Of a stretch of DNA of 64,000 nt, positions 55,292-64,000 are shown one piece after another. The stretch comes from Candidatus Dadabacteria bacterium (lineage in GTDB: Bacteria; Desulfobacterota_D; UBA1144; Nemesobacterales; CSP1-2). The notes beneath the pieces are model-generated. The model made no database searches. It worked only from the letters and a program-made list of their open reading frames with translations, and was not told the origin of the DNA. The position numbers and the translations under genes were made by a program. Within the stretch, counting starts at the first letter, position 1. Each line of letters starts with the position of its first letter. The stretch covers positions 96,001-160,000 of the forward strand of contig CAWDVW010000002.1 in the NCBI GenBank assembly GCA_963805855.1. Reading direction: 5' to 3'.

Positions 55292-55639
55292 TCAGACAGC
55301 AACTACCGAATCATCGCTACCATAAATGTTCCGCTCGTATCTGTCAGCGTTCCAATCATTTTCCCACCTGTAGCCATCGACCAGATATCTAAATCTGTAT
55401 TCCCTGCCGGATTTCAGATCCAAGGTCAGCGTGAATTCCCCACTCTTGAGTTGTTTCATTGGATTAGCTTCGATCCTCCAATCATTAAAATCTCCGACAA
55501 TATTTACCCGCTGGGCACCTTTCACCGCTTCTTTCGGGAGTCTGAAAGAGACCTTACACACGCTGCCGGATTTAATGTACTGCTTTTTCAAGGCCTTTTC
55601 CTTGGACTGCTTCTTAGGTTTAGCTCGCGGCTTTTTCAT
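55292..55639 (-). CDS. Isoamylase early-set / CBM48 glycogen-binding domain protein with basic N-terminus
   Basis: V.F.LP, VGDFNDW, Y.FRYLVDG..WEND..AD. Confidence 0.88.
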   Translation of the reverse strand: MKKPRAKPKKQSKEKALKKQYIKSGSVCKVSFRLPKEAVKGAQRVNIVGDFNDWRIEANPMKQLKSGEFTLTLDLKSGREYRFRYLVDGYRWENDWNADRYERNIYGSDDSVVAV

Positions 55640-55747
55640 CTACTGATCCTCTTTTTAAGGGATTTTTTCAAACTATTATAATCAATATCCCAGATTTTAA
55701 AATATGATTCAATCCCGTAGTGTCGAGTAAGAAATGATGACCTTATC

Positions 55748-55828
55748 TCAAACCGTCCATCCTGAAACGATAGGCGGGGTTTTCCAACCCCGCTTCAATG
55801 CCTTTGACAGGCTTAGTGTGAATGGTTT
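55748..55828. repeat. Composite REP-like element: intact counterpart of the IS target with a nested hairpin
   Basis: AAACCGTCCATCCTGA arm, nested GATAGGCGGGGTTTTCCAACCCCGCT, then CTTTGACAGGCTTAGTGTGAATGGTTT (19/21 to the rejoined IS target). Confidence 0.8.
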
Positions 55829-56095
55829 TAAGAATATTTTTTTCTTGCAGTAGCAGGATCTAGCTGCGAATTGTAATGTAGCAGAGGACTTCTGTCCCCA
55901 AATCTATGTCGTGGAGACCTAAAGGTTTTTGCTAGATTTAAGACACCCCAATTTTTCATCCCCTTTATGAAATTTGATTTATTAAGCATAGAACAACCAA
56001 ACAGGGTAGGCAACGGGTCTTGCTCGTTCTCATCCACCAGCAAGACTGGTGGACTACCCGGTGTTTAGGCAATTGGGGAGCATCTTTTCCCCCGT

Positions 56096-58768
56096 TTATA
56101 TATTAGGTTTTTTGTCTTGCAAGCAATACTCACCACATTGCTGTATGAGCTTGGCAACGACACCAGTCCATCCTGTTTGATGGCTTGCGCCTAATCCAGC
56201 CCCGTCATCACCATGAAAATATTCATTAAACAGGATAAGATCTCTCCAGTTAGGATCAGTTTGAAACCTTTCGGTTCCTCCAAAAACGGGCCTCCTCCCC
56301 GTCGAGTCCTCGAGAAATATCTTCATGAGCCTATGAGAGAGTTCAGTAGCAACCTCCCACAATGTCATTTCATTACCTGAGCCAGTCGGACATTCCACCT
56401 TGAATTCATCGCCTAAATAATAATGAAATTTTTGAAGTGATTCGATAAGCAGATAATTCACTGGAAACCATACCGGCCCCCTCCAGTTGGAATTGCCTCC
56501 AAACAGACCGGCATTAGATTCTGCAGGTTCATAGTCTAACCTATATTCAGCGCCATCAATGTCGAATATATAAGGATGATCTTTATGAATCTTTGAAACA
56601 GATCTGATACCATAGGGGCTCAATAGCCTTGATTCGTCAAGCATCAGTCGTAAGATGCGCCTTAATTTATGCTCATCAACTATTGATAGAAGTCTCCGTC
56701 GAATAGCCCCGCTCCTCTCCTTTATTGAACAGCCTTGAAGGAGGTCGGATCGATTTTCTAAAAACCAGTTAACCCTCCTTTGAAATCCAGGGAGCTTTGA
56801 TAATACATCGGATTCTATCGTCATAACAGCGAAAAGGGGTATGATACCCACCATGGAATGAATCCTTATCGGTATGGTATTTCCATTCGGCAGATTTATG
56901 ATGTCATAGTAAAAACCATCCTTTTCATCCCATAGGCCCTGATCCTGACTCCCCATTTTATTAATCGCATCAGCAATGTATAGAAAATGCTCGAAAAATT
57001 TGCTCGCTATATCTTCATAACTGGGATTGTCTTTTGAAAGCTCAAGTGCAATTGTAAGCATATTCAGGCAATACATCCCCATCCAGCTCGTTCCATCTGT
57101 TTGTTCAAGAAATCCACCTGTCGGAAGTTCCGCGCTTCTGTCAAAAATTCCGATATTGTCCAATCCGAGAAAACCACCCTCAAAGACATTATTTCCTTTA
57201 GCATCCTTTCGATTAACCCACCATGTGAAATTAAGCAGCAACTTTTGAAATACCCTTTCAAGAAAAAGGATATCCCGATTACCAAAAATCTTTTTCTCGA
57301 TCTGATATACCCTCCACGCAGCCCAGGCATGCACAGGTGGGTTCACATCACTAAAAGCCCATTCGTAAGCGGGAATCTGACCGTTCGGGTGCATATACCA
57401 CTCCCTGGTAAGCAGAATCAGTTGACGCTTTGCAAATTCAGGGTCAATCAGAGCAAGGGGTATCGTATGAAATGCCAGGTCCCAGGCTGCGAACCATGGA
57501 TACTCCCATTTATCTGGCATTGACAGAATATCGTCATTATAGAGATGAATCCACTCATGATTTCTTCCCCTTTTTCGCTCTTCGGGAGGCGGAGGTCCTG
57601 CAGGATCACCGATAAGCCAATCTTCAACCACGTAATTATAGAATTGCTTATTCCAGAGCATCCCGGCTAACGCCTGCCTGTACACCTTCCTCATATCATC
57701 CGTCAAGGGAAATGGGCAAATTCGTTTATAAAATTCATCCGCCTCATTTTTACGTACCTCAAAGATAGCCTCGAAAACCTCTCCAAGCGGATCGACAAGA
57801 CCATCTGAATTGCTAAGCCTGATCCTTAAAGCCTTTGATTCGCCCGATTCAAGTGTAAGCAAATAATGCGCTGAACCCTTTGTTCCAACCTCTTCTGAGT
57901 TAACAACGCTTCTCCTTCCCTCAACAATATAATCGTTTATACCATCTTTCAGGTAAGAACATCTATTACTCACACCAAACAATTTTTCATAATTTGTTTC
58001 GTTCTCGGTAAAGATTAATTCATCGGGAGTCCCACAATATAACCACATTTTACCGAGAGATTCGTGAGATGCTTCAATTACGCTAAATTGACCGGTAGAT
58101 TTCGTTGACCTTAGCAAGGGTTTATTCGAGGATTTATGCCAGGACCACGAATTACGAAACCAGAGTGTCGGCAGTATATGCAATTTTGCTTCTTCAGGCC
58201 CTCGATTTATAACGCTTATTCTTATGAGAATGTCCTCTGGCGAATTTTTGGAATATTCTACAAAAACGTCAAAGTATCTGTTATCATCAAATAAACCTGT
58301 ATCAAGAAGCTCATATTCAAAATCTCCCCTGCCTCTACCCCTATTTACCTCTACAAGTTGTCTATACGGATAAGATCCATGCGGATATTTGTACAGATAC
58401 TTCATGTAGGAATGTGTGGGAGTATTATCCAGATAAAAGTAATATTCTTTCACATCTTCCCCATGGTTACCTTCACTCCCAGTCAGACCAAATAACCTTT
58501 CCTTAAGGATCGGATCACTCCCATTCCACAGCGCGATGGCAAAACATAGCCTTTGATGGTTGTCGGAAATACCAGCTATTCCGTCCTCCCCCCACCTGTA
58601 AGCCCTCGAGCGCGCTTGATCGTGCGAAAAATAGTCCCATGCCGTTCCGTAGGGACTATAATCCTCTCTAACCGTCCCCCACTGGCGTTCGCTCAGGTAT
58701 GGACCCCATCTTCTCCAGTGAGCCTTGCGCAACCGGTCTTCCTCTAATCTCCTTTCTTCAGCGGTCAT
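56096..58768 (-). CDS. GH63 / MGH1-like glucosidase
   Basis: [64 protein letters not shown]; start at MTAEE after GGAGG. Confidence 0.9.
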   Translation of the reverse strand: MTAEERRLEEDRLRKAHWRRWGPYLSERQWGTVREDYSPYGTAWDYFSHDQARSRAYRWGEDGIAGISDNHQRLCFAIALWNGSDPILKERLFGLTGSEGNHGEDVKEYYFYLDNTPTHSYMKYLYKYPHGSYPYRQLVEVNRGRGRGDFEYELLDTGLFDDNRYFDVFVEYSKNSPEDILIRISVINRGPEEAKLHILPTLWFRNSWSWHKSSNKPLLRSTKSTGQFSVIEASHESLGKMWLYCGTPDELIFTENETNYEKLFGVSNRCSYLKDGINDYIVEGRRSVVNSEEVGTKGSAHYLLTLESGESKALRIRLSNSDGLVDPLGEVFEAIFEVRKNEADEFYKRICPFPLTDDMRKVYRQALAGMLWNKQFYNYVVEDWLIGDPAGPPPPEERKRGRNHEWIHLYNDDILSMPDKWEYPWFAAWDLAFHTIPLALIDPEFAKRQLILLTREWYMHPNGQIPAYEWAFSDVNPPVHAWAAWRVYQIEKKIFGNRDILFLERVFQKLLLNFTWWVNRKDAKGNNVFEGGFLGLDNIGIFDRSAELPTGGFLEQTDGTSWMGMYCLNMLTIALELSKDNPSYEDIASKFFEHFLYIADAINKMGSQDQGLWDEKDGFYYDIINLPNGNTIPIRIHSMVGIIPLFAVMTIESDVLSKLPGFQRRVNWFLENRSDLLQGCSIKERSGAIRRRLLSIVDEHKLRRILRLMLDESRLLSPYGIRSVSKIHKDHPYIFDIDGAEYRLDYEPAESNAGLFGGNSNWRGPVWFPVNYLLIESLQKFHYYLGDEFKVECPTGSGNEMTLWEVATELSHRLMKIFLEDSTGRRPVFGGTERFQTDPNWRDLILFNEYFHGDDGAGLGASHQTGWTGVVAKLIQQCGEYCLQDKKPNI

Positions 58769-59035
58769 TAGTAATATATCCTCCAACTGAAAGGTGTTAC
58801 TTAAAGTTAGATTCTTTAAAACCACATCAGCTCAAGCGCAATACAACCGTAACTTCTCATAATCACTATTAGATAATCATGGAATACAATCTGGTCTCGA
58901 TGAGCTCCCAATTATTAATTTCATAGGATAACGTTAATGCAGAAATAAGCGGGCAATTTCAAAGGATAGCTTAAGTTACGGGGTTACAAATACAAAAAAC
59001 ATATTCAAATATTTTGTATGAAATTATTCGTGAAA

Positions 59036-59608
59036 CTATTTCTTCTTCATCCTTTCCAGGTACTCTCCCGTCCTTGTATCAACCTTTATCGTATCTCCCT
59101 CCTCTATAAAAAGGGGTACTGAAATTGTTGCCCCTGACTCCAGTGTAGCCGGCTTGGTACCCGCCGACACCGTATCCCCCCTCATGCCAGGCTCTGTCTT
59201 AATCACTTCCATCTCAACAGCTACGGGAAGATCTACCCCGATCGGTTCATTCCTATAAAATACTACGATTATCTCCTGCTGTTCCTTTAGAAACCTAGCC
59301 GAATCTCCAACCAATTCATTACTCAGCGCAAGCTGATCGTAGGTTTTCGAATCCATGAAGTGATAGCCTATGTCATCTTTGTAGAGAAACTGCATGGCTT
59401 TTCTTTCCATGTCTGGCACTTCAAATGTCTCACCGGAACGGAAATTCTTCTCCTGTACCGAAGACGTGATTATATTCCTGAGCTTTGTTTTAACCACAGG
59501 GCTTCGCTGAGCGATCTTGGAGTGATGGTATTCCAGAACCTCCCATATTTCACCTTCATACTCTATCTTTAGGCCTTTATAAAATCGACTAGTATCGACC
59601 ACACCCAT
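59036..59608 (-). CDS. efp: Translation elongation factor P with atypical tip loop
   Basis: MQFLY.D...HFMD..TYDQ, PG.RGDT...KPATLESG..VPLFI..GD.IKVDTRTGEY; tip loop KIAQRSP instead of KPGKG. Confidence 0.95.
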   Translation of the reverse strand: MGVVDTSRFYKGLKIEYEGEIWEVLEYHHSKIAQRSPVVKTKLRNIITSSVQEKNFRSGETFEVPDMERKAMQFLYKDDIGYHFMDSKTYDQLALSNELVGDSARFLKEQQEIIVVFYRNEPIGVDLPVAVEMEVIKTEPGMRGDTVSAGTKPATLESGATISVPLFIEEGDTIKVDTRTGEYLERMKKK

Positions 59609-59612
59609 CGTT

Positions 59613-60047
59613 TTAATGCCTCCTCCGTAACAATTGTTTTCTCCACCAATTTACGTGCTTTTTCTCATCATAGATTATGAGATCCAGTATTTTCCTGTCA
59701 TTTCGGTTCTTACAAACACCCGATGCAGCCATCAGGAATAACCTTTCAGCTTCTTCTCCAAATTGCATAAAAAAGCACAAACTTCTTGACCCCAGCACCG
59801 CTGATAACCTACCCACTCTCTCTCCAAACCTCTCTGCCAATTCTCCACCCCTCTTTGGAGTTTCTATTCCAAGTTCATCAAGCATCTTAGCGGTCATCAT
59901 CGTATGCTTCCCCTCTTCTCGCAATAACACCACTATTTCTAGGTCATGCGCATACCTATTGGTGGCTAATGCCTCGTACACCCCCATCGTCATTCTTTTT
60001 GAAATATAAACAAGCTTTAGAATACTACCTGATTTCATTGTCATCAT
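59613..60047 (-). CDS. Ferritin-like (rubrerythrin/Coq7-like) four-helix protein
   Basis: Two ExxH motifs (EEGKH, DEKKH) with helix spacing typical of ferritin-like folds; first-helix Glu not obvious; ATGA overlap with yacG. Confidence 0.6.
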   Translation of the reverse strand: MMTMKSGSILKLVYISKRMTMGVYEALATNRYAHDLEIVVLLREEGKHTMMTAKMLDELGIETPKRGGELAERFGERVGRLSAVLGSRSLCFFMQFGEEAERLFLMAASGVCKNRNDRKILDLIIYDEKKHVNWWRKQLLRRRH

Positions 60048-60229
60048 TGTTCTTCCATCTCAATTTCTCTTTCAGAATCGTCTCCGGTTTGGATCCTGTC
60101 ATTAATTACATATTCCTCGGAGATCCAAGAACCTAGATCTATCAGTTTACATCTCCTTGAACAAAACGGTCTCCATTCATTTCCCTGCCAGGTAGTAGAC
60201 TCACGGCATCTGGGACATTTCACAATCAT
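60044..60229 (-). CDS. yacG: DNA gyrase inhibitor YacG
   Basis: CPRC..RPFCSRRCKLIDLG.W..E.Y. Confidence 0.93.
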   Translation of the reverse strand: MIVKCPRCRESTTWQGNEWRPFCSRRCKLIDLGSWISEEYVINDRIQTGDDSEREIEMEEQ

Positions 60230-60399
60230 GTTATGAAATTATGTCATATGCTTTGTAATTTAAAAGAGACAAAAAAACCAGAATGGCAACTTCTGATATT
60301 ATGAAACTTTCAAACGGAGTCAATCTAGAGCCATGCTTACGGCTATTTCGCTGTTGTGATGAGACATATTGATCTTTACCATTTTTTTATCTCAAGAAA

Positions 60400-60984
60400 T
60401 CAAGGGGTCTCCTTTTTACTAGACAATTCTCCTTCAACCAATTCGCAAATGATATGTGCCACGGTGATATGTAATTCCTGTATCCTGGGTGTTGATTTCG
60501 AAGGAATCTTGACTAAACAATCAACAGTATCCCCTATTTTACCTACCTCGGAACCCGTCAATAAAATTGTTTTGAGCCCTGCAGATTTTGCCACTTCTAA
60601 CGCACTAACAACATTTTTTGATTTTCCACTTGTGGATATCCCCCAAGCCACATCGCCTTTCCTTCCAAGCGCTTCAATTTGGCGAGAGAATATATTGCTA
60701 AATGAACGATCATTACCTATTGACGTAATTAGCGACGTATCTGTAGTGAGAGCAATTGCCGAAAACGCTTCCCTATCTTTGGAAAACCTATTGACAAACT
60801 CCGAAGCAATGTGCTGTGCGTCTGCAGCACTTCCTCCATTTCCAAATATTAAGACTTTAGCCCCCGACTTGATTGATTTTTGAATAATTTTGGTAGCCTG
60901 AGCTATATCATTTACAGATTCCTTTGCGAAACGAAGTTTCAGCTCAGCGCTTTCCCTCAGTCTTGAGATTATGTGCTCTTTCAT
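60400..60984 (-). CDS. gmhA: Phosphoheptose isomerase (SIS domain)
   Basis: FGNGGSAADAQH.A.E, TSIGND, GISTSG.S.NV, TPRIQE.H. Confidence 0.95.
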   Translation of the reverse strand: MKEHIISRLRESAELKLRFAKESVNDIAQATKIIQKSIKSGAKVLIFGNGGSAADAQHIASEFVNRFSKDREAFSAIALTTDTSLITSIGNDRSFSNIFSRQIEALGRKGDVAWGISTSGKSKNVVSALEVAKSAGLKTILLTGSEVGKIGDTVDCLVKIPSKSTPRIQELHITVAHIICELVEGELSSKKETP

Positions 60985-60987
60985 CTC

Positions 60988-62793
60988 TCACGTTCTCTTA
61001 AACATTTTATCTAACTCCTCAAATGAAATCTCCCTCGCAACTGGCCTCCCGTGAGGACAGGAATGTGGGAAATCGGCCTTATCGAGCTGTCCCAACAATG
61101 AAATAATCTTTTGATGGTTCAACTTCTCACTAGCACGAATCGATGAGTGACAGGCAATGGTAGCAATGATGTTGTCTTGCCTATCGGTTAGACTCTTTTC
61201 CTTATCCATTGACGCAATCTCCCCCAAAATATCTTTCATAAGTCCCTTGATATCTTTAGTTTCAAGCATGGATGCAATTGATCTGATAACAAAACTATCT
61301 TTACCAAACTCCTCAATCTCAATTCCTAGGTTCCCTAATTCCTCCAAATACTCCTTCATAATACGCGCCTCATAAGGCGATAATTCTAGAGTGATTGGGA
61401 GTAGTAATTTTTGTCTTTCCTGTCTGCCATTTTCTGACTGAGCCCTTTTTAGTTTTTCATAATTTAACCTTTCGTGTGCGGCGTGTTGGTCAATCAGTAT
61501 CATCCCTTCTCCAGATTCACAGACTATATACAGTTCCCCGATCTGTCCCACAATCTTTAAGCTGGAGAAATAGCCTTCCTCCTTTAATGCGCCCTGTGTA
61601 AGAGGTTTTAGGGGGCGAGTCTCAGCTCTCCTATGGAACGTAATATTTTCTGATTCTAATTTTGGCATTTCTCTGGGTTTCGGCCGATCCTCGACCCCTT
61701 GACGATGAAAAACTTTTCTGTCCCTATCTAAAACCCTCGCGTCAAAATGCTCTTTCCTCTCATAAAATCTATTTACTGCATTCTCGATCCTGTTATGATA
61801 ACCCTTGATCCAGGGAGCACCCCTGAGCATTTCAAAAATTGCAGCCTTGATCGAGTCCCCTATGAAATTCGGTCTCCGAAATCTGACCTCATTCTTGGTT
61901 GGATGCACATTAACGTCAACCTCTTGATAAGGAAGATCAATTGATAGCACCCCCTGCGGGAATTTACCCTTTTCCAAAAGCGTTCCATATGAGTCGATGG
62001 CCATTCTTGTAAGTATCCTATCTTTAACCGGGCGGGAGTTTACGTACGTGTACAATCTTTGTGTAGTCGATCGAGCGTCATCGGGCCCGTTTAAAAATCC
62101 ATGTATCAATATCCCATCAACTTCAAAATACACTCTATGTAGCGCGGTTGCAGGGAAAATGTCAGGTAATCTATCTTCAATAGAAGCCCTTTCAGAAAGA
62201 CAGATAATAGCCTTGCCATTATGCGATACCTCGAACCTTACGTCCGGTCGGGACAAAGACTCCCTTTGTACAACATCAAGAACATTTCGGAGCTCTGTAT
62301 CAGTGGTCTTCATGAATTTAAGTCTAGGTGGCGTGTTATAAAAAATATCTCTTGCTTCAATAGAAGTGCCCTGCGGACAGCCAGTTTCTTGGACACTTTT
62401 TATCGTTCCCCCCAAGACAGATATCCTGACACCGACAATCTGTCCCTCTGTCCTCGTTGTGATTGAGAGTCGAGAAACCGCTGCTATGCTCGGGAGCGCC
62501 TCGCCACGAAACCCAAGCGTACTCATCGTATTAAGGTCATCTATTCGTTTGAGCTTGCTAGTCGCGTGACGTTCGAGTGAGAGAAGCGCATCATCCCTGC
62601 TCATCCCTAAACCATTGTCCGATACCCTAATAAGCCTTTTACCCCCTGCACCTAATTCAATATTTATGCTCGTCCCCCCAGCATCAAGAGCGTTTTCTAC
62701 CAGCTCTTTAACAATAGACGAGGGTCTCTCTACTATCTCACCCGCAGCTATCTTCGAAACCACAGAATCGGGCAGAATCCTGATATTTCCCAT
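60988..62793 (-). CDS. mutL: DNA mismatch repair endonuclease MutL
   Basis: IAAGE.VERP..VKELVEN.LDAG, GFRGEAL.SI, VDVNVHPTK, DQHAAHER, ACH, CPHGRP. Confidence 0.98.
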   Translation of the reverse strand: MGNIRILPDSVVSKIAAGEIVERPSSIVKELVENALDAGGTSINIELGAGGKRLIRVSDNGLGMSRDDALLSLERHATSKLKRIDDLNTMSTLGFRGEALPSIAAVSRLSITTRTEGQIVGVRISVLGGTIKSVQETGCPQGTSIEARDIFYNTPPRLKFMKTTDTELRNVLDVVQRESLSRPDVRFEVSHNGKAIICLSERASIEDRLPDIFPATALHRVYFEVDGILIHGFLNGPDDARSTTQRLYTYVNSRPVKDRILTRMAIDSYGTLLEKGKFPQGVLSIDLPYQEVDVNVHPTKNEVRFRRPNFIGDSIKAAIFEMLRGAPWIKGYHNRIENAVNRFYERKEHFDARVLDRDRKVFHRQGVEDRPKPREMPKLESENITFHRRAETRPLKPLTQGALKEEGYFSSLKIVGQIGELYIVCESGEGMILIDQHAAHERLNYEKLKRAQSENGRQERQKLLLPITLELSPYEARIMKEYLEELGNLGIEIEEFGKDSFVIRSIASMLETKDIKGLMKDILGEIASMDKEKSLTDRQDNIIATIACHSSIRASEKLNHQKIISLLGQLDKADFPHSCPHGRPVAREISFEELDKMFKRT

Positions 62794-63139
62794 TACTTCA
62801 TTGCCATTTTACATAATAGAAATTTATGAGTCAAAATGAATGAATATCCTTATATGATTCGAGATAAAATGACCCCTTAAATCTGAAATACAGCACGCGA
62901 TCATTAATTGAACTGGATCCTAATATATTACTGCTAAAAGGAAAAATTTTATTGACCGTGTTTATAAAAAGGCAAAAACGATGCTCTTGACACACGACCG
63001 GTACCAAGTGAAAAAACCCTATTAACATCGATATCGGTACAAACTAGCGAGTTCAAGATATCACATCTGTTTACCCGGATTTTTACCCCTTTATCCCATC
63101 ACCGGACTATGGCTATTTATACGTCGTCAACCGAGATTG

Positions 63140-63484
63140 CTATTTAGCTCTTTTAGTAGCCTTTGCTTTCTTTGCTTTCTTCGCTGGCGATTTTTTCACT
63201 TTCTTCAGCGAGGTGATAAATTTATCTACGGAAATTCCCGCTAGTGTCATTATTTCTACTGTACCGCGTGCGCATAAATCCACCGACACTTTGCTTATAG
63301 TTTCGTTATTTGGAGCCTCAACTATGCTCACAAAGTCGTAAGGACCAAGAGTAGCAAATTGTTGAAGAACCTTTGCTCCCATCCTCTCCATTTCCTTATC
63401 GACCTCTTTAATCCGTCCTGGCCTTTCTTTTATGGTTCTTCTTCCATCCGGAGTCAGCTTGCTCAAAAGTATATAGGTAGCCAT
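63140..63484 (-). CDS. GYD-domain protein with Lys/Ala-rich C-terminal tail
   Basis: M.TYI.L.KLT..G, LGPYD.V.I.EAP; tail KKVKKSPAKKAKKAKATKRAK; AGGAGG RBS. Confidence 0.85.
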   Translation of the reverse strand: MATYILLSKLTPDGRRTIKERPGRIKEVDKEMERMGAKVLQQFATLGPYDFVSIVEAPNNETISKVSVDLCARGTVEIMTLAGISVDKFITSLKKVKKSPAKKAKKAKATKRAK

Positions 63485-63670
63485 TTATTGCACCTCCTTT
63501 TTATGTAATTTACCGTTAATCATACTTATAACATTTTTTTGCACCCCGAATCAAGCTTTTTTTGGTCTGATCATAAGCTCCCAGACCTATAGTACTTTTG
63601 GATAAATTACTATTTCGGCATGATTTATGTATACTCTAGATTTAATACTTAATGCATGAGTGGAGAGTTT

Positions 63671-64000
63671 ATGAATTACTTTGATTCAATAACTAAATTT
63701 AAAGCAAAATTTATTAAATTAGCCTGTTTTCTCGCACCTTCACTGTTTCTTACAATACTCCTTTCCGCTAGCTATGATCAGATTGGATTTGCTAAATCAA
63801 AAGATCAGGAATCTCCAAAGAGGGTTTTACAGGTTAAGGATTATAAATGGGCATCCGGTGGCATGGGACGACCGGGGATACTCGGTGAAATAACATTGGA
63901 AAACATAGGCAATAATGATTACGAAAACATTGAGATCGAGGCAAATTTTTACACAGAAAACGACATCCCTCTCGGCTCTCTTCGATCTACTATAAATGAT
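63671..64000 (+). CDS. Exported hypothetical protein, 3' end runs off the window
   Basis: Not in the ORF track; 110 open codons from ATG 63671 after GGAGAG; signal-like N-terminus, then GEITLEN.G..DYENIEIEANFY..N..PLG (beta-sandwich-like). Confidence 0.65.
   Translation, partial: MNYFDSITKFKAKFIKLACFLAPSLFLTILLSASYDQIGFAKSKDQESPKRVLQVKDYKWASGGMGRPGILGEITLENIGNNDYENIEIEANFYTENDIPLGSLRSTIND

Overview
A gene-dense bacterial chromosomal window, mostly encoded on the minus strand; gene content and order feel Desulfobacterota/Dadabacteria-like, which is an impression and not tested. Left part: housekeeping genes (partial M16 peptidase, pssA, frameshifted psd, ilvC/N/B, tsaB, pilT-like, recA, cinA, pgpA, ogt, FabL-like SDR, cysS, radical SAM, tsaE, lysC, cimA). 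At 19810-21233 is a complete IS110-family (IS1111-type) element inserted at a CT core inside a REP-like palindrome. Its 3' non-coding region contains a readable bridge/seek-RNA whose guides match the insertion site and one element end, and circularisation would build a TTGACT-N17-TATGTT promoter. Next come accessory genes (rmuC, GNAT/PLP-aminotransferase fusion, exported-looking acetolactate decarboxylase, glutaminyl cyclase, Tam, esterase) and a tightly coupled plus-strand operon of N-formylglutamate amidohydrolase + DUF1704/MATCAP-like metallopeptidase + GshB-like ATP-grasp ligase, a candidate uncharacterised peptide writer/eraser system. A ~23 kb trehalose/GlgE alpha-glucan cluster follows, then efp (Gln at the normally modified Lys34 position), a ferritin-like gene, yacG, gmhA and mutL. 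Several families of small palindromic and heptameric intergenic repeats are present. No rRNA, tRNA or CRISPR array was seen.
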